Assembly (NCBI GenBank): GCA_964637115.1
Contig: CAZWVL010000001.1
Coordinates: 91,105-155,104 of the forward strand
Reading direction: 5' to 3'
DNA: 64,000 nucleotides
Source of the DNA: an uncultured Methanosarcinales archaeon
Lineage (GTDB): Archaea > Nanobdellota > Nanobdellia > Woesearchaeales > ARS49
Part shown: in pieces, positions 55,515 to 64,000 of the stretch
How positions within the stretch are numbered: the stretch's first letter is position 1
Layout of the letters: every line of letters starts with the position of its first letter
The notes under the pieces: model-generated
Database searches by the model: none
The model's input: the letters and a program-made list of their open reading frames with translations, nothing else
What the model was told of the DNA's origin: nothing
Made by a program: the position numbers and the translations under genes

Positions 55515-56039
55515 TTATATAAACTCGTCGTCATCAGGAGTTACCTGTCTATATGCTGGAATTAAATTCGGTTTAGGCTTTGGCTGACCATTTTCCCTGG
55601 TATATCCTGCCTGCCATTTCTTGAATTCTGGCGTTTTTTTAACGTCCTCCATCTTGGGAAGAGACGCTTCTGTAATCAACTCAATAGGGCTCTTTGAATT
55701 AATTTTCTTCGGAAGCTGCCAGTTGACAGGATGAAAAGATTCTTTCAGGCTTTTTTCAAGCTCTCTGACTTCGCGAAGAGTTTTGCCTGCGTCCTTTTCA
55801 TTTATCATCAAAGAATACCAAGCAGTCAGTCCGTGACCGCAAACAGGAATTGGCTTGAAATAAAACCGTTCTGAACGGATGTAAAAGTCGCCTTTGTCAA
55901 TCTGCGTTACAACAACTCTTGTCACCTGTTCAGGCTCGTAGCAATTAAAACAATACTTTCCCTTGTTAAATCCATTATTACCTGTCATTTCACTCACCCT
56001 GACTACGTCACAAAGCACTTCTTTATCAATGTTACTCAA
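55515..56039 (-). CDS. Hypothetical protein (possible CxxC...CxH zinc site)
   Basis: Abuts the srp54 stop; CFNC and VCGH. Confidence 0.6.
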   Translation of the reverse strand: MSNIDKEVLCDVVRVSEMTGNNGFNKGKYCFNCYEPEQVTRVVVTQIDKGDFYIRSERFYFKPIPVCGHGLTAWYSLMINEKDAGKTLREVRELEKSLKESFHPVNWQLPKKINSKSPIELITEASLPKMEDVKKTPEFKKWQAGYTRENGQPKPKPNLIPAYRQVTPDDDEFI

Positions 56040-57392
56040 TCAAAACTTCAAATTCGGCCCAGCTTTCTTGGCCATCTTCTTCATCAGCTTCTCAGGATTC
56101 TCTCCCTTAAGCATTTTAACCATCTTCTTTGACTGCTTGTACTGCTTAATCATGTCCCTAATGTCACCAGTTGAAACACCAGAACCCTTGCTGATTCTTT
56201 CTATTCTCTGCGCGTCAATAACATCCGGCTCTTCCAATTCTCCCTTTGTCATTGAATTCATGGCGTGCTTCCACTTCTGCAGCTTGCCTTCTTGCACCTG
56301 CAATGCCTCTTTTGGCAGGCTTATGGAGCCCAAACCAGGAATCATTTCCAAAACTTTGCCCAACGGACCCATCTTAGACATAGCTTCCATCTGACTGTAA
56401 AGGTCAATCAAATTAAACTCTCCTTTCAACAGCTTTTTCTCAATATCTTTAGCTTCTTCCTCAGTAATTGCTTCTTTGGCTTTTTCTAATAAAGCTTCCA
56501 AGTCGCCCATGCCTAAAAGTCTGCCAACAAAACCTTTGGGATTAAACTGTTCGAAATCGTCAACTTTTTCTCCAACACCTATGAATTTTATTGGAGCGCC
56601 TGTAACTGCACAAGCGCTTAAAGCTCCTCCGCCTTTTGCAGTACCGTCCATCTTCGTAACAACAACACCAGTTATAGCGCCGGCCTCGTGGAACGCTTTG
56701 GCCTGCGATTGAGCGGCCTGGCCAATGTCTGCAGAGATGACTAATAACGCTTCGTCAGGCTTAGCTAATTCGTGAACTTTCTTTAATTCTTCAATCAGGT
56801 CCTGAGATAAAGCGTCTCTGCCTGCCGTGTCAACGATAATTAAGTCAAACTTCTTGAACTCTGGTTCAAAGTGCTTATAGATTTTTATTGGATCTTTCTC
56901 GCCTTTATTGACAAAAACAGGAACGTTAATTACCTTTCCTACCTGCTCCAACTGGTCCATAGCAGCAGGACGATGAACGTCAAGACCCAACAAGGCAACA
57001 CGTTTTCCTCTTTTCATGAAATATTTTGCAATCTTGCCTGAAGTAGTTGTTTTACCTGAGCCAAACAAGCCAATAAGCATAATCTTGTTCGGCATTTTGT
57101 CGCCAAGCTTCAATTCAGATTTCTCTCCGCCCAAGAATTTAGTTAATTCCTCATAAACAATATTGATTAAATGCTCCTTCTTTGTCAAAGCGCCAGGAGT
57201 TTCCTCTTTCAGAATACGGTCCTTGATTTTTTGCGTTAATTCAAACACCAGCTTGACATTAACGTCAGCCTGCAAAAGCGCTCTCTGAATATCTTTAATT
57301 AGTTCATTAATGAGTTTTTCATCTACAAACATCGACTTTGCAATCTTCTGCAAAGTATTCTTCAAGCTCTCAGAAAGCTTTTCCAAAACCAT
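56040..57392 (-). CDS. srp54: Signal recognition particle 54-kDa protein
   Basis: MVLEKL start, ALLQADVNV, GLFGSGKTTT, DTAGR, TKMDGTAKGGG, Met-rich M domain. Confidence 0.97.
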   Translation of the reverse strand: MVLEKLSESLKNTLQKIAKSMFVDEKLINELIKDIQRALLQADVNVKLVFELTQKIKDRILKEETPGALTKKEHLINIVYEELTKFLGGEKSELKLGDKMPNKIMLIGLFGSGKTTTSGKIAKYFMKRGKRVALLGLDVHRPAAMDQLEQVGKVINVPVFVNKGEKDPIKIYKHFEPEFKKFDLIIVDTAGRDALSQDLIEELKKVHELAKPDEALLVISADIGQAAQSQAKAFHEAGAITGVVVTKMDGTAKGGGALSACAVTGAPIKFIGVGEKVDDFEQFNPKGFVGRLLGMGDLEALLEKAKEAITEEEAKDIEKKLLKGEFNLIDLYSQMEAMSKMGPLGKVLEMIPGLGSISLPKEALQVQEGKLQKWKHAMNSMTKGELEEPDVIDAQRIERISKGSGVSTGDIRDMIKQYKQSKKMVKMLKGENPEKLMKKMAKKAGPNLKF

Positions 57393-57444
57393 ACATAAAT
57401 GCCTATGAGGAGGGTTTATAAAGGTTATTGCCTGTCTGCAAAAC

Positions 57445-57786
57445 ATGGCGGCTATAGACGAGGTTGTCAAAACAATTGACGAAACCATTTCACAGGCACG
57501 AGCCACTTTTGAAGACCAATTCCAAGCCCTAAAAGCACGCCAAGAAAAACGTTCAGGTCCTGTTGCTTTTTCATCCACAAAGGGTCTAACGCAGCAATGC
57601 GTTTCTTGCAGCAAGGAAATCGTCAACTATGCCGTTTTTGGCAGATGCATCGAAGGAGAAAGAGAAGGTTTTGTCAACATCAGCTGGAATTGCAACAATT
57701 GCAAAAAACGTTTTGTTTTCATGGGCCCCAGAAGCTCAGTCGTAGATAAGCTATTGCACTTGTCTTATCAGCTAAAAGCGGCCTAA
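57445..57786 (+). CDS. Small protein with a CxxC...CxxC zinc-binding motif
   Basis: CVSC and CNNC after an N-terminal coiled-coil helix. Confidence 0.65.
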   Translation: MAAIDEVVKTIDETISQARATFEDQFQALKARQEKRSGPVAFSSTKGLTQQCVSCSKEIVNYAVFGRCIEGEREGFVNISWNCNNCKKRFVFMGPRSSVVDKLLHLSYQLKAA

Positions 57787-57840
57787 ATATTCTTTTTCAG
57801 ACGAGAAAAAATTATAAACCTCGCTTATTGACGGCAAGGC

Positions 57841-58602
57841 ATGACTAATTTAGCGGGGGTAGAGCATATCAAGACTCTTGGATTTCCCACAACGAAAAAG
57901 TTCGGGCTTTACCTTCCGGAGAATGTTTACGGAATAGATCTTGATGAGCTTTACCGCGATGCACCATCAGGCGCAACCATTTATGTCAATTACCGCGGTA
58001 TCAAAATCGACCACGGCCCAAATGGAATACGACCTATCAAAATAAAAACAAGCAACGGCGTTCCCAGAGAAAAGTTTTTTGAAACATTTGAAGAAATGAG
58101 GCAAAACTGCAAATTGCCGCTCTATGACCAGATATTCGGCGTCTGCCAAACAATTTGCCAGCTGGATGCCATCATCTCAGGCATCTGCGTCAAAGACGAC
58201 CAAGACGGTTTTGGACGTTTAACAGCAGAAGCAACTTTTGGAATGAGAAAAGGCGACTTTGACCCTCATCTTTCCATTGGAGACCAGATTGTCGGAGACA
58301 GAAGAATAGCCCATAACAGGCAGTTCAATGTCGCGCCTGTCGAAAAAATACCTTCTCAACATCAGCATCTCTATTCTCACAAAGATTTGGCAATTTATCA
58401 TATGCTAGATGTTATGCGAACAACAATGAGAAACTTCGGCGAAGGAATAACTGGCATTGAATTCATGGTTGATTTGCGCAAAAGCGAAATCTTTTTTGTG
58501 GACTTCTACCACTCCAGACATCCGAACCCTGATACGCAAGCAGGAAAACCATCCGTCTATCATACTGCTGAAGAAAAAATCGAAGCAGACAAAGCCGCGT
58601 GA
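57841..58602 (+). CDS. Stand-alone PEP-synthase/PPDK N-terminal-like ATP-grasp protein (tentative)
   Basis: LDAIISGICVK...TAEATFGMRKG and GIEFMVD...IFFVD resemble PPDK_N motifs. Confidence 0.5.
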   Translation: MTNLAGVEHIKTLGFPTTKKFGLYLPENVYGIDLDELYRDAPSGATIYVNYRGIKIDHGPNGIRPIKIKTSNGVPREKFFETFEEMRQNCKLPLYDQIFGVCQTICQLDAIISGICVKDDQDGFGRLTAEATFGMRKGDFDPHLSIGDQIVGDRRIAHNRQFNVAPVEKIPSQHQHLYSHKDLAIYHMLDVMRTTMRNFGEGITGIEFMVDLRKSEIFFVDFYHSRHPNPDTQAGKPSVYHTAEEKIEADKAA

Positions 58603-59235
58603 CTACTTTTCCCTTGCGGCATGTATCGCGTGCTCAATAATGGAAGGAGTCCAGCCCTTTTCTGCGAGCTGCATCCTGATGTCCTTCAAAGATTTTTGAT
58701 GCTCAAACTGATGCTTGACAAAATTAATTAATTCGTCCGGAGCAGGATGAATGTGCTCTTCTTTGTGGGTTTCCCTGTGGACATAATACTGCTCTCTCAG
58801 CCAGAATATAAGAATGACGATTACGATAAGCAGTAAAATGTTAAATCCGAGCAAAAAAACAATGTATGTTGGGAACCTAATTTGTGCGGGAGCTTCTAGC
58901 GACGGACGCGCGTCAACCTTATTCGCTATCGCATCAACAGTTGACTGAATCTGCACAACATTTGCCAGCATAGAACGCTGGAAACTGTCCATCTGTCCCT
59001 GCAACTGCGAGATTTCATTTGTACGCTGTTCCTGCCACACTCTGTTTTCGTTTCTTAACTCTGTAACATTGCCGCCCAATGATATAGCTGCATCCTGCAA
59101 TCTTAGAATGTGAATATTATCCAACGGAAAATCAGAATACCGCTTGATTTCGCCGGAAGTATTAGTTATAAGATTCTGCTGGGCAAACACTGCGGTTGCA
59201 AGCAACAGAGCTAACAACAAAAGCCTCTTTTTCAT
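58603..59235 (-). CDS. Membrane protein: signal peptide, coiled coil, TM, C-terminal three-helix domain
   Basis: LINFVK...SLKDIRMQLAEKGWTPSIIEHA cytoplasmic tail of a type common in DPANN proteins (recalled, not searched). Confidence 0.7.
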   Translation of the reverse strand: MKKRLLLLALLLATAVFAQQNLITNTSGEIKRYSDFPLDNIHILRLQDAAISLGGNVTELRNENRVWQEQRTNEISQLQGQMDSFQRSMLANVVQIQSTVDAIANKVDARPSLEAPAQIRFPTYIVFLLGFNILLLIVIVILIFWLREQYYVHRETHKEEHIHPAPDELINFVKHQFEHQKSLKDIRMQLAEKGWTPSIIEHAIHAAREK

Positions 59236-59255
59236 TATGAATAATTTTCAGAGGT

Positions 59256-59269
59256 AAAGGTATTTAAAG
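59256..59269 (+). promoter_or_regulatory. BRE/TATA promoter of tRNA-Pro
   Basis: aaaggtaTTTAAAg about 30 nt upstream of the tRNA. Confidence 0.6.
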
Positions 59270-59297
59270 GTTGTGCAGGAAATCAACATCGCACCAC

Positions 59298-59380
59298 GGG
59301 GCTGTCTGCTAGTGGTAGGCTACATCCTTGGGGAAGATTCCAAAATGGATGTGACCCCGGTCCGATTCCGGGCAGTCCCA
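59298..59380 (+). tRNA. tRNA-Pro(GGG) with a 12-nt intron at position 37/38 (59334-59345)
   Basis: Acceptor GGGGCTG/CAGTCCC, anticodon stem CATCC/GGATG, anticodon GGG at 59330-59332, T-arm CCCGG-TCCGATT-CCGGG; central helix TTGG/CCAA with 3-nt bulges; CCA not encoded. Confidence 0.88.
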
Positions 59381-59390
59381 TTTGTCATAA

Positions 59391-60335
59391 TTATCTTTTC
59401 AACTGATTAAATTCATTCAGAGTTGAGACCATGCCATACCTGCTGCTGCATTCTGCAAAGAATCTGAATGCGACTTGTGCACCTTTTCGAAATCTGAGGG
59501 CGCTACAAACAACAACTGCTCCCATTCCAAGATAGACAAACCCTTTTAGAAGCGCCATGGCTGGAAGGCGTGCATGTTTCAGCACAGGAATGAGCATATC
59601 AAATTTGGGATTTGGGAAGTAGCGGGAGGAAAAATCCTCACCATGCATTATCCTGATTCGCGTGCGATCTTTGCCCTGTCCGCTAATGATGCGCGAGTAG
59701 TTGATAAGCTTGTTTTCATTAAAATGCCACGAGCTGTTCGACGGAAATTTCCGAATATTAATGCCCTTCTGATGAAGCCGTGCTCCCATCTCAAATTCTG
59801 CTCCAAAAGGAAGCTCTTCAGCAAAACCTCCCATCGCGTCAAAACATTTTCTTGTCAAGGCTGAATTGTGGAAATCAAAATAATAATCATTCACCTTATA
59901 GCGTTTCAACCGCTTCCTCACGGCATAGAAAAAATTGTCCTGCGCCATAAACACTATTGAATCGCTTGGAACAGATTGAACACCCCCTGCAGCTGCTTGA
60001 ATATTCTCCTTTTGGAAAAGTTCAGCGTATCGTTTCAGCCAGATTCTATCGGGATGACAATGCGATTCGATAAAACAGAGAATTTTCCCATATGACTGTT
60101 TTACGGCTTCATTAACGAGCGCTGCACGATTCTTGCCAGGACATCGGAGGACACGCAAATGCGGATAGCGCTTTTCAATATCAGTAAGGAGCGCTTTATC
60201 TTCTTTGGAAAAGTTGCCGCAATCTGTTAAAATCACTTCATACTTATCAGCATAATCTTGTGTACAGATCGCGTGGATGCACGGCAAAAGCGTACCCTGC
60301 GAGTCCACATCGGACACGATGATGCTGGCCTTCAT
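59391..60335 (-). CDS. Glycosyltransferase family 2
   Basis: SIIV, EVILTDCG, NRAALVNEAV, CFIESHC (altered DxD), GGFAEELPFGAEFE. Confidence 0.8.
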   Translation of the reverse strand: MKASIIVSDVDSQGTLLPCIHAICTQDYADKYEVILTDCGNFSKEDKALLTDIEKRYPHLRVLRCPGKNRAALVNEAVKQSYGKILCFIESHCHPDRIWLKRYAELFQKENIQAAAGGVQSVPSDSIVFMAQDNFFYAVRKRLKRYKVNDYYFDFHNSALTRKCFDAMGGFAEELPFGAEFEMGARLHQKGINIRKFPSNSSWHFNENKLINYSRIISGQGKDRTRIRIMHGEDFSSRYFPNPKFDMLIPVLKHARLPAMALLKGFVYLGMGAVVVCSALRFRKGAQVAFRFFAECSSRYGMVSTLNEFNQLKR

Positions 60336-60395
60336 TTCTTCACGCTCTCATATACATCAGGAGAACACGCGCACTATTTTAAATCCTTTTGTCGC

Positions 60396-60803
60396 TCAGC
60401 CGGGAATTATGAAACCAACAATGCCTCCGATAATGAATCCGAAGATAAAGCCTACAATCGTCACGATTAGCCAGGCAAGTGCTGACTTGCCCCACGATAG
60501 TTCGTAGAACTTTCGAATGAGCCACAAAAGCACGGCTGCGTTGATAACAAAGAACAACAAATTAAGCAGTGCGTTGCCGACAAGCACCGGATTAAAGGTT
60601 GGAAACAGGCTAAGAACAAAGCTCACTGCACCAGCAACAAAAGAAACACTGAGCGCAGTCTTAAATCCCTTTTTAGCAGAATCGCGGTCTGCACTCAACA
60701 GTTTCTGCGCAGTAAACCACAGCGCAAGCGCGTTAATAAAAATAATGATTACGATTGTCACAATATTGATTAAAAATGTGCTTAACATTGCCATATTCAC
60801 CAC
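60396..60803 (-). CDS. Four-TM membrane protein
   Basis: Entirely hydrophobic, 135 aa. Confidence 0.7.
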   Translation of the reverse strand: MVNMAMLSTFLINIVTIVIIIFINALALWFTAQKLLSADRDSAKKGFKTALSVSFVAGAVSFVLSLFPTFNPVLVGNALLNLLFFVINAAVLLWLIRKFYELSWGKSALAWLIVTIVGFIFGFIIGGIVGFIIPG

Positions 60804-61390
60804 CTCAACTCATGATATAGTTCGCCGTAAATGGAAAAGCTGAAAACTGTGAGCCAGAAGGCCATAAATCCCATGATTAGGAAAGGTCCTACGAACGTGA
60901 ATGAAAGAAGAATGGTTGCAAAGTTCAACAGGATAGCTATAATAGTGCCAATTATGAAGACCAATAACCACGTGGCCAGATATTTCCCAGAAAAACACTT
61001 TGCAAATACACTTCTGTCAAACGCGTCCTTAAAACGCCCGTTTGCATATGAAACCCAGGCCATAGGCAAGAAATAATACGCCAAAATTGCAAGAATAATG
61101 GATGCGACTAAAACTGGAATGTCAAATTCTTCAGTAAAAAAGCCAACTGAAAAAACGATAAGTGCAGGCAGAGCGTAGATAATCATTATTACGGAAGCAA
61201 GAAGGCCTTGAATCCACATAGCTCCAAATTGCCACATTGGCAGTTTTTTTCCATATATTCTTCGAGCGCACTCAAGACCATAGCCGTATGTCATAAAGTT
61301 GACAATTGGAATAAATGACAGGATAATTCCTATAGCGAGCCTGCGCCAGTCAGAAAATGTCAGCCAGAGAGATTGTTTGAATTCAACCAT
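60797..61390 (-). CDS. DUF4013-like archaeal membrane protein
   Basis: IGIILSFIPIVNFMTYGY...LPMW...QG pattern typical of DUF4013. Confidence 0.75.
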   Translation of the reverse strand: MVEFKQSLWLTFSDWRRLAIGIILSFIPIVNFMTYGYGLECARRIYGKKLPMWQFGAMWIQGLLASVIMIIYALPALIVFSVGFFTEEFDIPVLVASIILAILAYYFLPMAWVSYANGRFKDAFDRSVFAKCFSGKYLATWLLVFIIGTIIAILLNFATILLSFTFVGPFLIMGFMAFWLTVFSFSIYGELYHELRW

Positions 61391-61494
61391 AATAACCCCA
61401 TATAGTACCGCTCTGCCCTGCTTATAAGCTTTTATAGGCACTGAATAGTGAATACTTTATATACTAGATTTGCTCATTTCTTAGTCACTTTATA

Positions 61495-62361
61495 GTGATT
61501 AAAATGGGAAGGTTTATAAATGAAAAGCGCTTCCTCAAAGGCATGTACAGCCTGAAAGAGCTAGAAAGCAAAATGCCAGTTTATCTTGATCAGCGCGTCA
61601 AGATTGATCCGGCAATACTTGCAGAGCAGCTGAACTTAAACGGCTGGCTGGACGAACAACTCGTAGAACAACTTCTTGGAAAGTCCAAAAAATGCGTTAT
61701 AACAGTATTTGCCACTGATTACGGTGTTGAAGCGGTTGTGAAAGGCGAGTCTGCCAAAGACAAAGATGAACAATCAACATTTCCAGGATTTTATGTTGCG
61801 GCCAAGGCCAGCGATCTGACGATTCCAAAAGAGCTCGAACGTGCAACAGCTTACATAAGCAGAAAATACACGCCAAAACTCGGACGCTTCAAGATTGCCC
61901 CTGAATCTTTCCGCATTGCACGAGTTGAGCCAGACGTCAAAAACAAACAAGCGCTCGTAGACATAATCTCGGAAAAACTTCCATTTTCAACCGAACAGGA
62001 ATATTGGGATAATTACGTAACCCCAGAACTCACGATAAGATACGATTGCGGCAGGGCAATGCGCGTGCTTGACGAGGCATTTGAACACCACTATGCCAGT
62101 GCAAGAATTCCGCACGACAAAACTGAAAAATGGGCCCGCGGAATGATGCATTCAAGTCTATACAGTTTTGTTGAAATGATGAAACAACACGGCAGACAAA
62201 ATAACAAAGTGATGCAATATAAAACAAGTCAAGGCTTTTTTAACATAAGCAATCTTGACTTCTGCGTCTTTTACAATCCAGAGGTTGAAAAACAGGTCAT
62301 TGCAGGCAAACGACAAGTGAAAGTTCCAGTATCATTTATTGTAAAAGCGGAGGAACAATGA
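61495..62361 (+). CDS. Hypothetical protein coupled to the ADP-ribosylglycohydrolase gene
   Basis: 288-aa ORF; its stop overlaps the next ATG (ATGA). Confidence 0.7.
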   Translation: MIKMGRFINEKRFLKGMYSLKELESKMPVYLDQRVKIDPAILAEQLNLNGWLDEQLVEQLLGKSKKCVITVFATDYGVEAVVKGESAKDKDEQSTFPGFYVAAKASDLTIPKELERATAYISRKYTPKLGRFKIAPESFRIARVEPDVKNKQALVDIISEKLPFSTEQEYWDNYVTPELTIRYDCGRAMRVLDEAFEHHYASARIPHDKTEKWARGMMHSSLYSFVEMMKQHGRQNNKVMQYKTSQGFFNISNLDFCVFYNPEVEKQVIAGKRQVKVPVSFIVKAEEQ

Positions 62362-63311
62362 AACTTGAAGACCGTTCTATAGGAAGTTTTGTCGGAGGCG
62401 TAATAGGCGATGCATTCGGCATGCCAACCGAAGGAATTGGTCCGGCAGGATTGCTGGAAAACTATGGCGGCTGCGTGTGCGATTTCGTTGACCCTGTAGC
62501 TCCACATCCAAATGGACATCTTAAAGCGGGTCAGTACACTGACGATGGACAGCAAATGATAGCACTTGCTGAGACATTAGTAAATTGCAAGCGCTTCGAC
62601 ATCCACGATTTTGGCAAGCGCATCGCTGTGTGGGGAAAAAGAAACCTCACAGAGCCTGGTTACGAGCGCTTTCCAGGAGCAACCAGCATGTCTGCAGCTT
62701 ATTCCTTGGAACAGGGTATAAGCCCATTTAAATCAGGAAGCACAAGCACGACAAGCTGCGGATCTGCAATGCGCGCAGGACCAATCGGCATTTATTTCCA
62801 CAAAAACATCGATGACGTCACAAAATACGCACATCTATCAAGCGTTCCCACACATAATACTCAAGCGTGCAAAGAAGGCGCGGCAGTTGTCGCACTAACA
62901 GTTGCACATTTATTGCGCGATGAAAATCCTTTGGCTGCAGTACGCAAAGTAATTGAAACCGTTAATCATCCGGAATTGCGGAAGCAATGCGAAATGGCTT
63001 ACGAACTCAGAGAAGCACAGCCAAAGTTAGTTGCTGACAAAATAGGCACGTCTGCAAGTGTGCTCGATACAGTGCCATTCGCACTTTACAGCTTCCTTCA
63101 TTCTCCAAACGATTTTCTACAAGTAATGATAACTGCTGCAAACGCAGTTCCTGGCGACACAGACAGCTTTGGATGCATAGCGGGCAAGTTTGCAGGAGCG
63201 CATCTTGGTCTTAGCGCAATTCCAGAGCGTTTGCAAACAAGGCTTGAAGACGGGCTGAAAATAAGGGAACTTGCACTGCAACTCTACAAGTCTGCAGAAA
63301 GATTTGGATGA
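62358..63311 (+). CDS. ADP-ribosylglycohydrolase (DraG/ARH family)
   Basis: GDAFGMP, YTDD, SCGSAMR, PTH, GDTDSFGCIAG. Confidence 0.93.
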   Translation: MKLEDRSIGSFVGGVIGDAFGMPTEGIGPAGLLENYGGCVCDFVDPVAPHPNGHLKAGQYTDDGQQMIALAETLVNCKRFDIHDFGKRIAVWGKRNLTEPGYERFPGATSMSAAYSLEQGISPFKSGSTSTTSCGSAMRAGPIGIYFHKNIDDVTKYAHLSSVPTHNTQACKEGAAVVALTVAHLLRDENPLAAVRKVIETVNHPELRKQCEMAYELREAQPKLVADKIGTSASVLDTVPFALYSFLHSPNDFLQVMITAANAVPGDTDSFGCIAGKFAGAHLGLSAIPERLQTRLEDGLKIRELALQLYKSAERFG

Positions 63312-63316
63312 TTTTT

Positions 63317-63736
63317 TTATTCTGGTGATACCATAATAATGTTTTTTTCCTTAAGCAATCTGCGCAGATTGTCAATGTGCCCTTTGCATAAGTTGAATTC
63401 ATTGATTGCTTCGCTTAGTTTGCCGGCTCTTGCGTGTTCAAGACCTTTGTGTATTCGCTGAACAGAAATGCTAAGCAGATAACGCGCAGCAGCAAAATAA
63501 TCCTGCGGAAGACTTGGAGAAAAATGTTTATTTATCTGCTCGGTTAATTCCCTTGTTGGACTTCTTTCGCATGCATGCATTTGAGCAGCCAGCTGGTTAG
63601 ACCGGTTATAGAAGGGTACTACCTTTTCGTTGACAAGCTGAGCTGCAGCATCGTTAGACCTCAGTTTACTAACCAATGCGTCCAGGATGCTGGAAAAATC
63701 TTCCAATGCGTCTGTCATAATAGAATAAAAATTCAT
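63317..63736 (-). CDS. Hypothetical protein
   Basis: 139-aa helical ORF. Confidence 0.6.
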   Translation of the reverse strand: MNFYSIMTDALEDFSSILDALVSKLRSNDAAAQLVNEKVVPFYNRSNQLAAQMHACERSPTRELTEQINKHFSPSLPQDYFAAARYLLSISVQRIHKGLEHARAGKLSEAINEFNLCKGHIDNLRRLLKEKNIIMVSPE

Positions 63737-63741
63737 TTAAT

Positions 63742-63999
63742 TTATAATGATTGCGAAGCCGATTTAAGTTTCCTGAGATTTTCCTTCAAGCGCGCAAGAC
63801 GCTTGCTAAAATCATCATCTTTTGCGGAAACTTTCGGTTTTGGCCTGCGAGGACGGAATGCGAATGCCAGGCCAATAAGTACAAGAGAGATGATTGCAAA
63901 TCCGGCAATTGGCATTCGAAGATCCCTAATATCCTCTATGAAGCGGCCGGCAATTTCCGGCAGCTTTCCTGACTCCGGAGTGTAACTCCACGTCTTCAG
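63742..63999 (-). CDS. 3' end of a C-terminally membrane-anchored protein (runs off the window)
   Basis: Hand translation ...MPIAGFAIISLVLIGLAFAFRPRRPK...SASQSL followed by a stop; frame open to the window edge. Confidence 0.6.
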   Translation of the reverse strand: MKTWSYTPESGKLPEIAGRFIEDIRDLRMPIAGFAIISLVLIGLAFAFRPRRPKPKVSAKDDDFSKRLARLKENLRKLKSASQSL

Positions 64000-64000
64000 A

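Noticed and set aside
57393-57626. 78-aa N-terminal extension of SRP54 in the track
   Set aside because: The canonical SRP54 start MVLEKL is at 57392; the extension overlaps a divergent gene.

Overview
Gene-dense archaeal chromosomal segment, most likely from a DPANN / Woesearchaeota-like lineage (taxonomy inferred). Archaeal markers include a tRNA-Pro(GGG) with a 12-nt bulge-helix-type intron, SRP54, diphthamide synthase Dph6, an Lhr helicase, an AbrB-PhoU regulator, BRE/TATA-like promoters and many lipobox or class III signal-peptide proteins. The standout observation is a 777-aa protein (20192-22525) with the architecture of a bacterial primary sigma-70 factor (regions 1.1-like, 1.2, NCR, 2, 3 and 4). 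It appears to keep the -10/-35 recognition residues but not several core-RNAP-binding residues, carries extra N-terminal HTH-like modules, and is coupled to a gene for a putative triple winged-HTH protein. Other highlights: a bacterial-lipid-type gpsA-fabH pair; a late purine operon with split PurH and a second, degenerate PurE; a cluster of five 40-64-aa microproteins (three absent from the ORF track, three with zinc fingers, two of them paralogous); a switch-like palindromic leader; a receiver-like/TPR/kinase-like protein flanked by two duplicated phosphatase pairs; a RimK-AbrB fusion; and a dph6-glutamine amidotransferase pair. No CRISPR array, rRNA, integrase or transposase was seen. All family assignments come from motifs read by eye and compared from memory; no searches were run.
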